DNA of 64,000 nucleotides. Source: Bdellovibrionota bacterium. Lineage in GTDB: Bacteria; Bdellovibrionota_C; UBA2361; CALJRW01. Of this stretch, positions 28,341-38,120 are shown in pieces. A model generated the notes under the pieces. That model was given only the letters and a program-made list of their open reading frames with translations. It made no database searches and was not told the origin of the DNA. The stretch is from NCBI GenBank assembly GCA_041740355.1, contig JBGSMD010000046.1, positions 64,001 to 128,000 of the forward strand, in the 5' to 3' direction. The translations under genes were made by a program, and so were the position numbers. How positions within the stretch are numbered: the stretch's first letter is position 1; every line of letters starts with the position of its first letter.

Positions 28341-29717
28341 ATGCTAAATGTCATAATTATTGATTCTTCCGCCACAGAAAGACACTTTTGGCACCAAAAG
28401 GTCTCGACAAGTTTGCAAGATGTTGAACTTGTAAATTCTCGGGAGAGCTTGATGATTCCAAATGTTAGTTTAAATACCTTAGCTCCCGAGGAGATAAATT
28501 ACCATCAGCCAGCAAACTTATATCTGATAGGGGAGGAGTTAATCACACAACAGCCTGGATTGTTACACTGCCTTAAGGATAAAAATCCAAAGGCAGCAAT
28601 TATTGTGGTAGTTGGCGCAAGTAAAATAACATCATTGCCTCAACTGGAAAACCTAATAAGAAATGGAGTGGATGATTTAATATCCCCGGAAATCAGATCG
28701 CTCGAGCTTGTTATAAAATTGATTGTACAATCGCAAAAAATTGATAGTGGATCTATTGGAAAAATAATTTTAATTGAAAGTGCTAAAGGTGGACAAGGTG
28801 CCACTACAATCTGTGGTGCTATTGGGGAAGCTTTGGCCTTAACTAATCAAAGAATACTCTTAATCGACTTAGATTGTGATAGTCAGGATCTCAGTCGTTA
28901 CTTACAAGCGAGGCCATATTTTAATGAAAACTTAAGTGAAGTCTTAAGAGGTGATAAATTGCTGACAAAAGAAAGTTTTGCTGATTGCATAACAAGTATT
29001 AACCAGAACATCGCAGTGTCAGTATTGACTCCCGCAAACTTTGAAGATTATCAGAATCAGAAGATATTAACGCAGTTGATAAGCTTTGCAAGTCAGGAGT
29101 TTGATTATATCCTGATCGACGCTTCTTCCCAAAGAGTAAATGATTTAAATGTCTGGTATCGACTTTGTCGTGATCTAATTTTAATCGTTACCAATGACCC
29201 AGCTAGTTGCTTCTCTTCCATAATTAAACTGAAACAAATTTGTACAAAATTAACAAAAAAACAGCGAGTGCTATTACTAGAGAATCGACTAAATTCAAAA
29301 GGACTTAGTTCTAAGTCAGTTCGGCAACAAATCAGCTCTCAGATTATGTTAGAAGCTGACTGTTGGATTCAAAAAAATATTTCTTGGAGTTCAAGCGGCT
29401 ATTGTTGGCCGGCCTCTGGTAAAACATTTTATGGATTAAGTGGCAGTCATAATCAGCAAGCGCTAAAGAACTGTGTTGAATTATTAATGTATCAAGCTGA
29501 ACCGATCAGACTATTTAGTCGAGCTCCTTTAGTCTTTCCATTAGTATGGAATTACTTCAAGAATATTATTAATTCTTGTCAAAAACAGATTGTAGGGAAA
29601 AAAGTACTACTCGTTGAGCGGGGCCTTATTGAATTGCCACGAATTACTGATACGCCATGGGATGAGTCCTTACTAGATGACTCTCCTAGTGTGGGCATTA
29701 AAAATTTTAATTCTTAG
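28341..29717 (+). CDS. CpaE/TadZ-like pilus assembly protein (pseudo-receiver + MinD/ParA-like domain)
   Basis: VIIIDSS receiver-like N-terminus, deviant Walker A SAKGGQGATT, LLIDLD, FDYILID; directly upstream of flp. Confidence 0.75.
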   Translation: MLNVIIIDSSATERHFWHQKVSTSLQDVELVNSRESLMIPNVSLNTLAPEEINYHQPANLYLIGEELITQQPGLLHCLKDKNPKAAIIVVVGASKITSLPQLENLIRNGVDDLISPEIRSLELVIKLIVQSQKIDSGSIGKIILIESAKGGQGATTICGAIGEALALTNQRILLIDLDCDSQDLSRYLQARPYFNENLSEVLRGDKLLTKESFADCITSINQNIAVSVLTPANFEDYQNQKILTQLISFASQEFDYILIDASSQRVNDLNVWYRLCRDLILIVTNDPASCFSSIIKLKQICTKLTKKQRVLLLENRLNSKGLSSKSVRQQISSQIMLEADCWIQKNISWSSSGYCWPASGKTFYGLSGSHNQQALKNCVELLMYQAEPIRLFSRAPLVFPLVWNYFKNIINSCQKQIVGKKVLLVERGLIELPRITDTPWDESLLDDSPSVGIKNFNS

Positions 29718-29749
29718 AAATAAACTAGGAAAATTTATTGGAGAGAAAA

Positions 29750-29944
29750 ATGAAATTAAAATTAAAAGACACGAAAGGTTATGCATTGTTAGAATATAGT
29801 GCCGGAGCTGCAATTGTAGCAACAGTTCTATGGATAGCGATGGGTAATTTAGGAAGCGGGGTAGGTGGAATGTTAAATAGTATTGGGACATGGGCTCAGG
29901 GGCAAGCAGTAATTATTGATGATCAATTAAATCCAGTAGAATAG
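29750..29944 (+). CDS. flp: Flp (type IVc/Tad) prepilin
   Basis: KG|YALLEY cleavage motif with E+5/Y+6, hydrophobic helix; GGAGAG RBS before ATG 29750. Confidence 0.85.
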   Translation: MKLKLKDTKGYALLEYSAGAAIVATVLWIAMGNLGSGVGGMLNSIGTWAQGQAVIIDDQLNPVE

Positions 29945-29946
29945 TC

Positions 29947-30828
29947 ATGCAAAGAATAAGTCAAATACCCAGAAAAAATAAAAGTAATCTTTTGCTAATA
30001 TTGGGAATGTTGTTCCCATTGCTAGCGATCTTTGCAACTTTTATTCTTTACCAAAAGCAGCTGTTTCGCCCAGAAGTTATTACTCCGATATATGTCGCTG
30101 AGTATGACACAATTGAAGTCCCAGTTCCCGCTCAAATGGTTGCTGCGGGAACCCCTTTTCAAAAAATTATCTTAGAAAAAATTAAATATCCTAAACATCA
30201 ACTTCCAAGGATGGCGGTTTTAAATTCGGTTGAACTTCAAGGATTAGAAACGCTTGTTAGTCTTCCCGCGAAGATGCCACTTTTTAAAGAAAACTTTACG
30301 ACGGCTGGAAATAGTTTGAATCCAGTTATTGAAAGTATTCCAGCAGGAATGCGTGCAATGACAATCAAGGTGGATGCGACAAGCGCAGTCGAAGGTTGGG
30401 CTGGTTCTGGTTCCGTTGTCGATGTTCTATTGGTAGATAAAACACAGACTATTGTTATCGCAGAACATGTAAAAATTCTTTCTTCGGAAAGATCTGTTGC
30501 TCCCGTAGAAGGGCAAGTCGCTCCAAACGTTCCAAGTACTGTCACTTTGCTAGTTACGCAGGAACAATGTCTTAAAATTAACACTGCTATTCCTCGTGGT
30601 AAGATTGCTTTTGCACTACGAAGTTTTAGTGATCAAGATAGTTGGCAGGATCCAGTACTTACGGCTGCAAATTTAATGCAAATAAAAGGTGATGATTCTG
30701 AAGCTTCAGACGTTCAAGGTTATTTGGAAGTTGGTGACTCTGACGATCAAGATAAATACGTCTTTGTTAATGGAAAGTGGTTGAAAACTCCAGAGCGACC
30801 AAAGGGATTTTTTGTTGGAGGATCCTAA
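29947..30828 (+). CDS. cpaB: Flp pilus assembly protein CpaB/RcpC
   Basis: N-terminal TM, SAF-like region, IPAGMRAMTIKVD, GSVVDVLL, TVTLLVT, IAFALR. Confidence 0.88.
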   Translation: MQRISQIPRKNKSNLLLILGMLFPLLAIFATFILYQKQLFRPEVITPIYVAEYDTIEVPVPAQMVAAGTPFQKIILEKIKYPKHQLPRMAVLNSVELQGLETLVSLPAKMPLFKENFTTAGNSLNPVIESIPAGMRAMTIKVDATSAVEGWAGSGSVVDVLLVDKTQTIVIAEHVKILSSERSVAPVEGQVAPNVPSTVTLLVTQEQCLKINTAIPRGKIAFALRSFSDQDSWQDPVLTAANLMQIKGDDSEASDVQGYLEVGDSDDQDKYVFVNGKWLKTPERPKGFFVGGS

Positions 30829-32144
30829 TGAAATTTGAGCATGGTGTAGAACAGGCCAGACTAGCAAATAAAATTTTTGCTCCCGCTTTGATTCAAGTCT
30901 TACAAAGTGTTCAAAGAGATATCTCCATTGCGTCAAATTCTGAATCACTTGGATTTAAAGAACTAAAGGTATTTATTGAATCTGCCGCAATGCAAAATGG
31001 CCTTAGTTTAAGCAGTTTTGAACAGGATCAATTATTAGCCTATTTAGAGAATAATAACCGCCCCTTTGGGATTCTGCAAGAGTTGATTGAAGATTCAGAG
31101 ATTAATGATCTGATCATTTCATCTTATGATAAAATTGAGATACAAAAAGGTAGGAAGAATTACAAAACAAATTTAAGTTTCCCTAGTCCAGAAAGCTATC
31201 ATGCCTTTGTGGAAAAAATTCTTAATAAATGTGGCACAAGCTATTCTCATAAATTACCAATCGTCGATGCCATGTTTTCATCTTGGGTTAGAATACATGC
31301 TGTCCATTCTAGTCTTGCCGAACATGGCCCCTATTTAACAATTCGAATCAATCGCCATGCTCAAATTCTGGTGGAAGATTTAATCGATATGTCTTTAGCT
31401 CCAATCGAAGTCTTTGATTACCTAAAGTTGATGATTCGTTCTGGGCAGACAATAATGGTTGCTGGAGAAGTCGGAAGTGGTAAAACTACTTTGGCTCGGG
31501 CTTTAGCTGCAAGTATTCCTAGTGAAGAATCAATTTTAGTTATTGAAGATACCCCCGAAATTCAATTAGCTCACCCCCATGCTAGGTATATCAGAACGCG
31601 AACAATTAATGCTGAAGGAGAAGGTCGAATTACTCCTTCAGAATGCATCCGTGCAGGAATGCGAATGGCCATGAATCGAATTGTTTTTGGCGAAATTCGA
31701 GATGCCGAATCTGCTGAAGCTTTTGTGGATGTCTGTGCCTCAGGTCATCCAGGTTTATCAACGGTCCACGCAAAAAGTGCAGGAGATGCTTTAGCACGTT
31801 TAGAATTATTTTTAGGTCGAGTTCAAAGGGGAGCAACTAAAGAAGTAATTGCCAAGCAATTAGCTAATTCTATTCAAGCTATTGTTTATTTGAGCGTTTG
31901 TAAGTTTAGCGGAAAGCGCAGAATTGTTGAGGTTCGTGAAATCTGTGGTCATGCGGATCAAGCTATTCGTCAAACCACAATTTTCAAGTATCAAAACATT
32001 GCAAGTCGAGCAGTTTGGAAGGTTCAAAATCGAATTAGTAAGTATCAAGAACAAATTAGCGAAATTCTACCAACTTATAACTTAATAAATCTTCCGCAAG
32101 AAATCAGCCTTGGATCAGGATATAATTTAACGGGGGGTAATTGA
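30828..32144 (+). CDS. cpaF: Tad pilus assembly ATPase CpaF
   Basis: GEVGSGKTT, VIEDTPE, RIVFGEIR, SGHPGLSTVHA; TAATG coupling at 30826-30830 with GGAGG RBS. Confidence 0.92.
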   Translation: MKFEHGVEQARLANKIFAPALIQVLQSVQRDISIASNSESLGFKELKVFIESAAMQNGLSLSSFEQDQLLAYLENNNRPFGILQELIEDSEINDLIISSYDKIEIQKGRKNYKTNLSFPSPESYHAFVEKILNKCGTSYSHKLPIVDAMFSSWVRIHAVHSSLAEHGPYLTIRINRHAQILVEDLIDMSLAPIEVFDYLKLMIRSGQTIMVAGEVGSGKTTLARALAASIPSEESILVIEDTPEIQLAHPHARYIRTRTINAEGEGRITPSECIRAGMRMAMNRIVFGEIRDAESAEAFVDVCASGHPGLSTVHAKSAGDALARLELFLGRVQRGATKEVIAKQLANSIQAIVYLSVCKFSGKRRIVEVREICGHADQAIRQTTIFKYQNIASRAVWKVQNRISKYQEQISEILPTYNLINLPQEISLGSGYNLTGGN

Positions 32145-32935
32145 TGAGATTTTCAAATCTTGCAGCAGAGCATCGATGCCGCGTTCTATTAAATGCACAA
32201 TCGACGATATCTTTCAGCAAAATAGCTAAGATTAATCGGGTTAATGATTTCAGCTTAATAAGTCTCGTCGTAGCTAGCATCATACTGGCATTAGTTCTTC
32301 AGCAGTTTATAATTTTATCTTTGCCAGTAATTTATTATTTATTTAAAAAGCAAATTAAATATTTTGCAAGACGCTCTAACGATTCTCTGTTCGAAAGAGA
32401 TTATCCAATATTCTTAATTTCATTATCCTCCAGTATTAAATGTGGACTAGATCCACTGACAGCAATGATTCAAAGTAAAGACTTATTTGAAAGGAATACT
32501 CCAATTTTTAAGGAAATTGAAAAAGTTCATCAACAGCTCAGTACGGGGGTTAGTGAAAGTGAGGCAGTGTTAGACTTTGGCTCGGAGCTAAAAATTCCCG
32601 ACTTAGCCTTATTTAAAGATGCATTTCTTTTATCTAGGCAGCAAGGCGCGTCGCTCTCACATTGCCTACATCGGATTGCAAGAGTAGTTAGAACACGGCA
32701 ATCTTTTCGACGAAAAACTAAGGCGGCAATTGCTATGCAAAAACTATCAGGTGTTGGGATTGTGATAGCGGTTGGAGTTATATTTATAATCCAAACAACT
32801 ACTGCTTATCAAACACTATTGAATGCCTGGCAAGACCCAATTGGAATGAAATTATTATTTTTAGCAGCTACTTTTGTAATTAGCGGCATGGTAGGAATGC
32901 TTAGGATCGGTAGTTCTGAATCATGGAGGACTTAA
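32141..32935 (+). CDS. tadB: TadB-like inner-membrane platform protein
   Basis: GspF-like pattern (LSSSIKCG, QGASL), TM helices, position after the ATPase. Confidence 0.75.
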   Translation: MMRFSNLAAEHRCRVLLNAQSTISFSKIAKINRVNDFSLISLVVASIILALVLQQFIILSLPVIYYLFKKQIKYFARRSNDSLFERDYPIFLISLSSSIKCGLDPLTAMIQSKDLFERNTPIFKEIEKVHQQLSTGVSESEAVLDFGSELKIPDLALFKDAFLLSRQQGASLSHCLHRIARVVRTRQSFRRKTKAAIAMQKLSGVGIVIAVGVIFIIQTTTAYQTLLNAWQDPIGMKLLFLAATFVISGMVGMLRIGSSESWRT

Positions 32936-32936
32936 G

Positions 32937-33737
32937 ATGTTGGCAATTTATTTGATCTTAATATTATTGGTGTTGTCGTTAATTTCCTCATTCCTTTTCA
33001 TTTTACAACATAGAAGGAATTCGCAAGAGGTTTATCAAACTTTAATAGAAGATTTTAAATTTCAAACCCCTGAAACCAATAAACTAATCAAAAATAACTT
33101 TTTATATCTTAAGATAGGGACTGGAGTAGTTTTTATTGGCATGGCATTAATTCTCAGTATCTCGCTCCAGAATAAATTTATAGCTTTAGGGGTGCTTTTT
33201 TGCAGCGCGATAATTCTTCTAGGCAGAAAATATTATAACGCTATTCAGCAAGAGAGAATAAACTTAAGTTTCCAACAAAGTCTTCCGTTATTATTGGAAC
33301 GCTTGGTGATGACGATTGAATCAGGGCATGACGTTGTTTCTGGATTAAAGTTAATTGTAAGTAACGAAAGTTCTAGAAAATCATCGAATTGCCCTTTAAT
33401 TAAAATCTTTGGAAGAGCCATTGATTATACGGAGCAAGGTTTTACCTTTACTGAAAGTTTGCGTGAAATCAGTAAAAACTGTCCCGTAATCTCTGTTAAG
33501 CACGTATTAATTCACCTAGCCTTAGCTTATGAACAAGGAGGTGAACTGATTATACCCCTAAGAGAACTCTCAGATGCAACCCAAATACAATATCAGGAAC
33601 TTGTAGATGAACGAATCGCTAAGCTTCCAGTTAAAGCAACCTTTCCACTATTACTATTATTTGCTGGATTGATCATTCTCTTTGTTACACCACCCATATT
33701 AGAAGTTTTAAAGCTAACTACAGGTGGCAAACTATGA
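32937..33737 (+). CDS. tadC: TadC-like inner-membrane platform protein
   Basis: LPLLLERLVMTIESG, EQGG, AKLPVKATFPL. Confidence 0.8.
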   Translation: MLAIYLILILLVLSLISSFLFILQHRRNSQEVYQTLIEDFKFQTPETNKLIKNNFLYLKIGTGVVFIGMALILSISLQNKFIALGVLFCSAIILLGRKYYNAIQQERINLSFQQSLPLLLERLVMTIESGHDVVSGLKLIVSNESSRKSSNCPLIKIFGRAIDYTEQGFTFTESLREISKNCPVISVKHVLIHLALAYEQGGELIIPLRELSDATQIQYQELVDERIAKLPVKATFPLLLLFAGLIILFVTPPILEVLKLTTGGKL

Positions 33738-34969
33738 ATTCAGAACGAGGAAGCTTTAGTCTAGTATTAGTGACTCTCGTAACACCAATTATTATACTTG
33801 TTTCTTTGGTAACAATTGGGCTCTCACAGTTTTATTATCAGCAACAAATTGTACAGTCTCATTTGGATCAAGCATCTATTTTAGCAGTAAAAAGTTTACC
33901 AAATGTAGTCCAGGCTAAAGATGTCGTCGACCAATATTTAGAATCAAAAAATATTAAAGCTAGTCAAAGAATCACGCGCATCAATTCGAATCAGGTTAGT
34001 CTTAGTTATGAATCTGATTATCAATTAAAATTCTCAGATTATTTTAGTAACCTAAAAATTCCGCTAAAAGTATTTAGCTCTGCAGAGCCTAGTAGGCAGA
34101 AGATCCATTTAATTATTGATACTAGTAGTCAGGTTCCATTAATAAATGACGAATACTGGCCTACTGCCCAATTTATAGATGATAATTTTGACAATTATCA
34201 ATGGGATAGATATGCGGTAAATCCCAACGAGCTTACCAGTAAATGTTTTAACCAAGAAATAAACTTAATAAAACTTGTTGCCCTGGAGTTGGTAGATTAC
34301 TTTTATGTTCAGCAACAGGGGCACCTAACTGCTTGGACGCAAGATGACAAGAGTAAAGTCCCGATACAACTAAATCAAGGTATAGAAATTAATCACCTTG
34401 GAGTTGCTGATTACTGTTTAGCAGCAGCCTGGAATGAGACTTTTTTTATACCTTATCAATTCCCAGCTGAGAGCAACGCTTTTGATCAGCGAATTGACTT
34501 AAGTAATGGGGAAATAAAACCTGAATATCTTCAGCTGTTATCATTACAAGAAAGAATTTGGGGATTGTCGCAGATGCCTTTAGAATCATTTGATCTGAAT
34601 AATCATTTAGAAGCAGTTTTGGCGAGCTTAGTTAATAATTCTTTTGTAGAGAAAAATCTGAAAATTATTATTCTGGCGAATCATGCCCCTCGGGGATTTA
34701 AGGAAAATAGTTTTCAAACTAAATTAGCGCAAATGCTTGGTCGATTTGCTAGTTTTTTTGATGAAAAAAAGGTTAGCTTTTATTATTTATTAATAAGCAA
34801 TCAACACAGTCTTGATCATAAAAAGTGGCAGGAACAATTAGAAAATCTTGCTAGTGAGTTTGCCAACAGCCTCGCGGTAAAATTTATATTGACGGGAGAC
34901 GAGAAGGAATTAAGTAGTTATGTAAATAGTTTGATTAACGATCAGCAAAGTTATGTCTTATTACGATAA
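33734..34969 (+). CDS. TadG-like pilus protein
   Basis: ERG|SF pilin-like start, TM, QSHLDQASILA, vWA-like IHLIIDTSS. Confidence 0.65.
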   Translation: MNSERGSFSLVLVTLVTPIIILVSLVTIGLSQFYYQQQIVQSHLDQASILAVKSLPNVVQAKDVVDQYLESKNIKASQRITRINSNQVSLSYESDYQLKFSDYFSNLKIPLKVFSSAEPSRQKIHLIIDTSSQVPLINDEYWPTAQFIDDNFDNYQWDRYAVNPNELTSKCFNQEINLIKLVALELVDYFYVQQQGHLTAWTQDDKSKVPIQLNQGIEINHLGVADYCLAAAWNETFFIPYQFPAESNAFDQRIDLSNGEIKPEYLQLLSLQERIWGLSQMPLESFDLNNHLEAVLASLVNNSFVEKNLKIIILANHAPRGFKENSFQTKLAQMLGRFASFFDEKKVSFYYLLISNQHSLDHKKWQEQLENLASEFANSLAVKFILTGDEKELSSYVNSLINDQQSYVLLR

Positions 34970-35531
34970 AGGACTTGCGCTATTTGAGTTAGTTTTAGGA
35001 ATCTCATTTCTTGTTGTTCTGGTTGGAGGGATAATTGGAACAGTTCATAAACTTAATCTATTTCATGAAATAGACAGTCGAATTGAAAGCAATCTGATAG
35101 ATTTTCAAGCTGATTATCAGACATTAACATCCTCAGAATGTCTATCAAGGTTTATAAAAAACATTACAAGCCCTCTGGCGAAAACAATCAGAGGTCAGCA
35201 TACAATCGGATTAAATTTAGTTGGGTATCAAGGTAGTGTTCGTTCTAATCAAGAACTAATTGTTGGCCAGATAAGTGATTTAGCCGATTCTCCCGCAAAT
35301 AGCATTGAAAGTTTGATTGTTAGTCAGATTGTAAATACCAACCATATATTTAATGAGTTGGGCTATCAACAAAATAAATATCTAAATACCGGTCAGAATA
35401 ATGTAATGGAAACAAAGTTTATGATCGTTCGATTATTAGTACAACCAGACAAAGGATTGATTAAAATCTTAGAAGCTTTAGGTCTTACGTCGAAGCTTTA
35501 CTTTGAAAAAATAATAAAGATTTCCAAGTGA
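34953..35531 (+). CDS. TadE/TadF-like pseudopilin
   Basis: KG|LALFE motif followed by a hydrophobic helix. Confidence 0.65.
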   Translation: MSYYDKGLALFELVLGISFLVVLVGGIIGTVHKLNLFHEIDSRIESNLIDFQADYQTLTSSECLSRFIKNITSPLAKTIRGQHTIGLNLVGYQGSVRSNQELIVGQISDLADSPANSIESLIVSQIVNTNHIFNELGYQQNKYLNTGQNNVMETKFMIVRLLVQPDKGLIKILEALGLTSKLYFEKIIKISK

Positions 35532-36730
35532 ATAAATTTTTGAATTTCTTTTTTAGAGAATTAATAACAAAAAGCACCACTGATGTTCTTCCGTTAATGT
35601 TAAAAAAAAATGATTTAAAAGAATTAGCTAGCTCTTGCTGTGATCCGCGAGCTCTGGTTGATCGAGCAATTGAAATAACTAGACAGCAGCCGCAACAATT
35701 TCTTAAGCGACTATCAAATGAAGTTAGATTCCCGCTACTCATGCATCCGGAGTTGGAATTTTCAGAAAGTATAATGAAAGAACTTCCACTATCTAGATTA
35801 GAAAAGCTTGGTGCTTTTCCATTATTAAAAGATAAACAAATTAAGGCTCTATGGGCGGTGGATCCATTTGTTATTCAGCAGAGTCTTAGTGTAACTAAAG
35901 GTTTTCCAATCTACCTAGGTCTTTGGTCAGAGATTGGCAATTCTTGGGATAGATATGCAAACTATCTTTTGGATCAGGAAAAATCAGAGCGAATTTTGCA
36001 GAATGGATTTGAAGCACTGATGCTAAAAATCGCCGAGAGTTTTGAGCAAGGGGAAAATAGTTTTCTGACTATTCAAATTGAACAAATTAAACATTATTTA
36101 ACTGAAGCTGAGCTTAAAATTGATGAAAATATTATTCATTATTATTGGAAAAGACTCTTAGCGATCGTAGCTAAGGAACCAGTAACGATCAGTTATTTCC
36201 TTGATCCAGTAGGGCAAGTAGATCTTTTTTATTCTTATCAACCCAGATCGGAGACTATTTTAGTTGAGCAAAGGAATAAAACAGAAATAATGATTGTTCC
36301 TGAGCAAGATAAAGGTATCAACCAAAAAATACGACCAAAAAATATTATCTTAATAGATGACAGCACTGTCTTCACTTCAGTATTAAAAAAATATTTAGAA
36401 AAAAGCGATTTTTGTTTTAGAGACTTTGTTTTGCCAAGTGAAGCAATTCGATATTTAAAACGGGTGAAAAAACCATTAGATTTAATTATTTGCGATTTGC
36501 ACATGCCTGACATATCTGGCTCCCAAGTTCTACAAACTATTCGCCAGAATGATAAGTTATCAATGGTGCCATTTGTACTCTTAACTTCAGAGAAGTGTGT
36601 CGAGGAAAAAATTAAACTATTTGAACTTGGGGTAGATGCCTATATTGGAAAAGATGAAGATCCTCGTTTAATCGCCAGTCAGCTTCAGGCGCTTCTTGCA
36701 AGAAGAACACAATTTAATTCATGTTCCTAA
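35528..36730 (+). CDS. Response regulator: PilB/GspE N-terminal-like domain fused to a C-terminal receiver
   Basis: ELPLSRLEKLGAFPL...WAVDPF; receiver LIDDS, DLIICDLHMP, LLTS, GVDAYIGK; no Walker A seen. Confidence 0.7.
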   Translation: MNKFLNFFFRELITKSTTDVLPLMLKKNDLKELASSCCDPRALVDRAIEITRQQPQQFLKRLSNEVRFPLLMHPELEFSESIMKELPLSRLEKLGAFPLLKDKQIKALWAVDPFVIQQSLSVTKGFPIYLGLWSEIGNSWDRYANYLLDQEKSERILQNGFEALMLKIAESFEQGENSFLTIQIEQIKHYLTEAELKIDENIIHYYWKRLLAIVAKEPVTISYFLDPVGQVDLFYSYQPRSETILVEQRNKTEIMIVPEQDKGINQKIRPKNIILIDDSTVFTSVLKKYLEKSDFCFRDFVLPSEAIRYLKRVKKPLDLIICDLHMPDISGSQVLQTIRQNDKLSMVPFVLLTSEKCVEEKIKLFELGVDAYIGKDEDPRLIASQLQALLARRTQFNSCS

Positions 36731-38115
36731 TTATGACCCAAGCACTGCTTATTCAACCTCTCCTAAATTACATGTTAATCTTTTTTATGATAATACTTTG
36801 TTTGTTGTATTATGTTAATCTGCAATATTATAGTTTGCTAAGAGAGCTTCAGTCCTGCTTGCGATATTTAGATCCAAAATCTAAAAGTAGTTATCTTAAT
36901 ATTAAAAATGGACAATTTTTTATTAGTTTAATTAATAAGTTATCTATATACATAGATTCCGAATTTGATAATGCGGCAAAAAATTCATTTCCTAAGAAGG
37001 TATTAAAAGGCAAATTAGAAGATATTGGTAATAATATTTCAGCACTAATAATAATTACAAAGCGGAATGGAAATCTTTTAGAATTAGTTAATTCTTTCGG
37101 ATCTGCAAATCAAGCAGCAGTTAAAGTTTTATTACCTGAGCTAACTTTACTAGATCAGCATGGTCTTAATGATCATTGTCGATCATTAGAAAGTACTATT
37201 TATTCATGTTTTCATGAACATCAAGTCCGCTATCTGCTTAAGGAATCCTTTGATAAATATACCCACGAAGAAATCTTAAATTCTTATGCCTTGTGGTTTT
37301 GTTTTCCGAGCGCTGATTCCATTTCACTACAAGTACTTATGAAAATTAAAAAGTTTTCCAAAGAGTATATCTCAAGTTATTTTCAGAAACAGCAGATTAA
37401 GGGTTTAAATGGAAAGATTGCTAAAAGCCGTCATGATAATATTTTAAAAGGTAAGCTGATCTCCGGTTTGTCTCATGATCTCCGCTCGCCAATTAACAAT
37501 CTCCAAGCGATTAATTCTTGTCTCCTAGATCATCAGCTGGTTAGTGAAGGTGGAAGCGATCTGCTTGACATGGCGAATGCTAACCTTCGAGTTTTAAATG
37601 AGCTAATTGAAGACTTTTTAAGTCTGGCCAAGTTTAGGGCGGGAAATCTCTTAGCTCAAACAGAGGATCTTAAATTGTTTGATTTATTTGAAGACTTGCA
37701 TCAAATTTATCAGTTCGATGCTAAATTTAAAAATCTTAATTTGCAATTTGATTATCCAAGCATTGATTTTTTTATCCATGCGGATCGCTTACACTTCAAA
37801 AGAATTATTGGAAATCTATTAAGTAATGCAATCAAGTATACTCCGAAAGGAAAGGTTCGACTAAGTTGTACTTTTCAGGAGCAAGTTTGTCAGATTAGTG
37901 TTTTTGATACTGGTGTTGGATTATCCCCAGAGCAAATTAGTAGAATTTGTAGACCTTTTGTTAGATTTTCAGATCATGAGATTGAAGGAGTTGGACTTGG
38001 TCTTGCTATAACTAAGCTTTTAATTGAACTTAATTCAGGCAAGTTAGAGATAGTATCAGAAACTGGCAAGGGGAGTGAATTTAGGGTAATACTTCCAACG
38101 AACCAACTTCACTAA
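36721..38115 (+). CDS. Sensor histidine kinase
   Basis: LSHDLRSP H-box, NLLSNAIKYT, DTGVG, GVGLGL, GKGSEF; one N-terminal TM. Confidence 0.92.
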   Translation: MFLIMTQALLIQPLLNYMLIFFMIILCLLYYVNLQYYSLLRELQSCLRYLDPKSKSSYLNIKNGQFFISLINKLSIYIDSEFDNAAKNSFPKKVLKGKLEDIGNNISALIIITKRNGNLLELVNSFGSANQAAVKVLLPELTLLDQHGLNDHCRSLESTIYSCFHEHQVRYLLKESFDKYTHEEILNSYALWFCFPSADSISLQVLMKIKKFSKEYISSYFQKQQIKGLNGKIAKSRHDNILKGKLISGLSHDLRSPINNLQAINSCLLDHQLVSEGGSDLLDMANANLRVLNELIEDFLSLAKFRAGNLLAQTEDLKLFDLFEDLHQIYQFDAKFKNLNLQFDYPSIDFFIHADRLHFKRIIGNLLSNAIKYTPKGKVRLSCTFQEQVCQISVFDTGVGLSPEQISRICRPFVRFSDHEIEGVGLGLAITKLLIELNSGKLEIVSETGKGSEFRVILPTNQLH

Positions 38116-38120
38116 ATACC

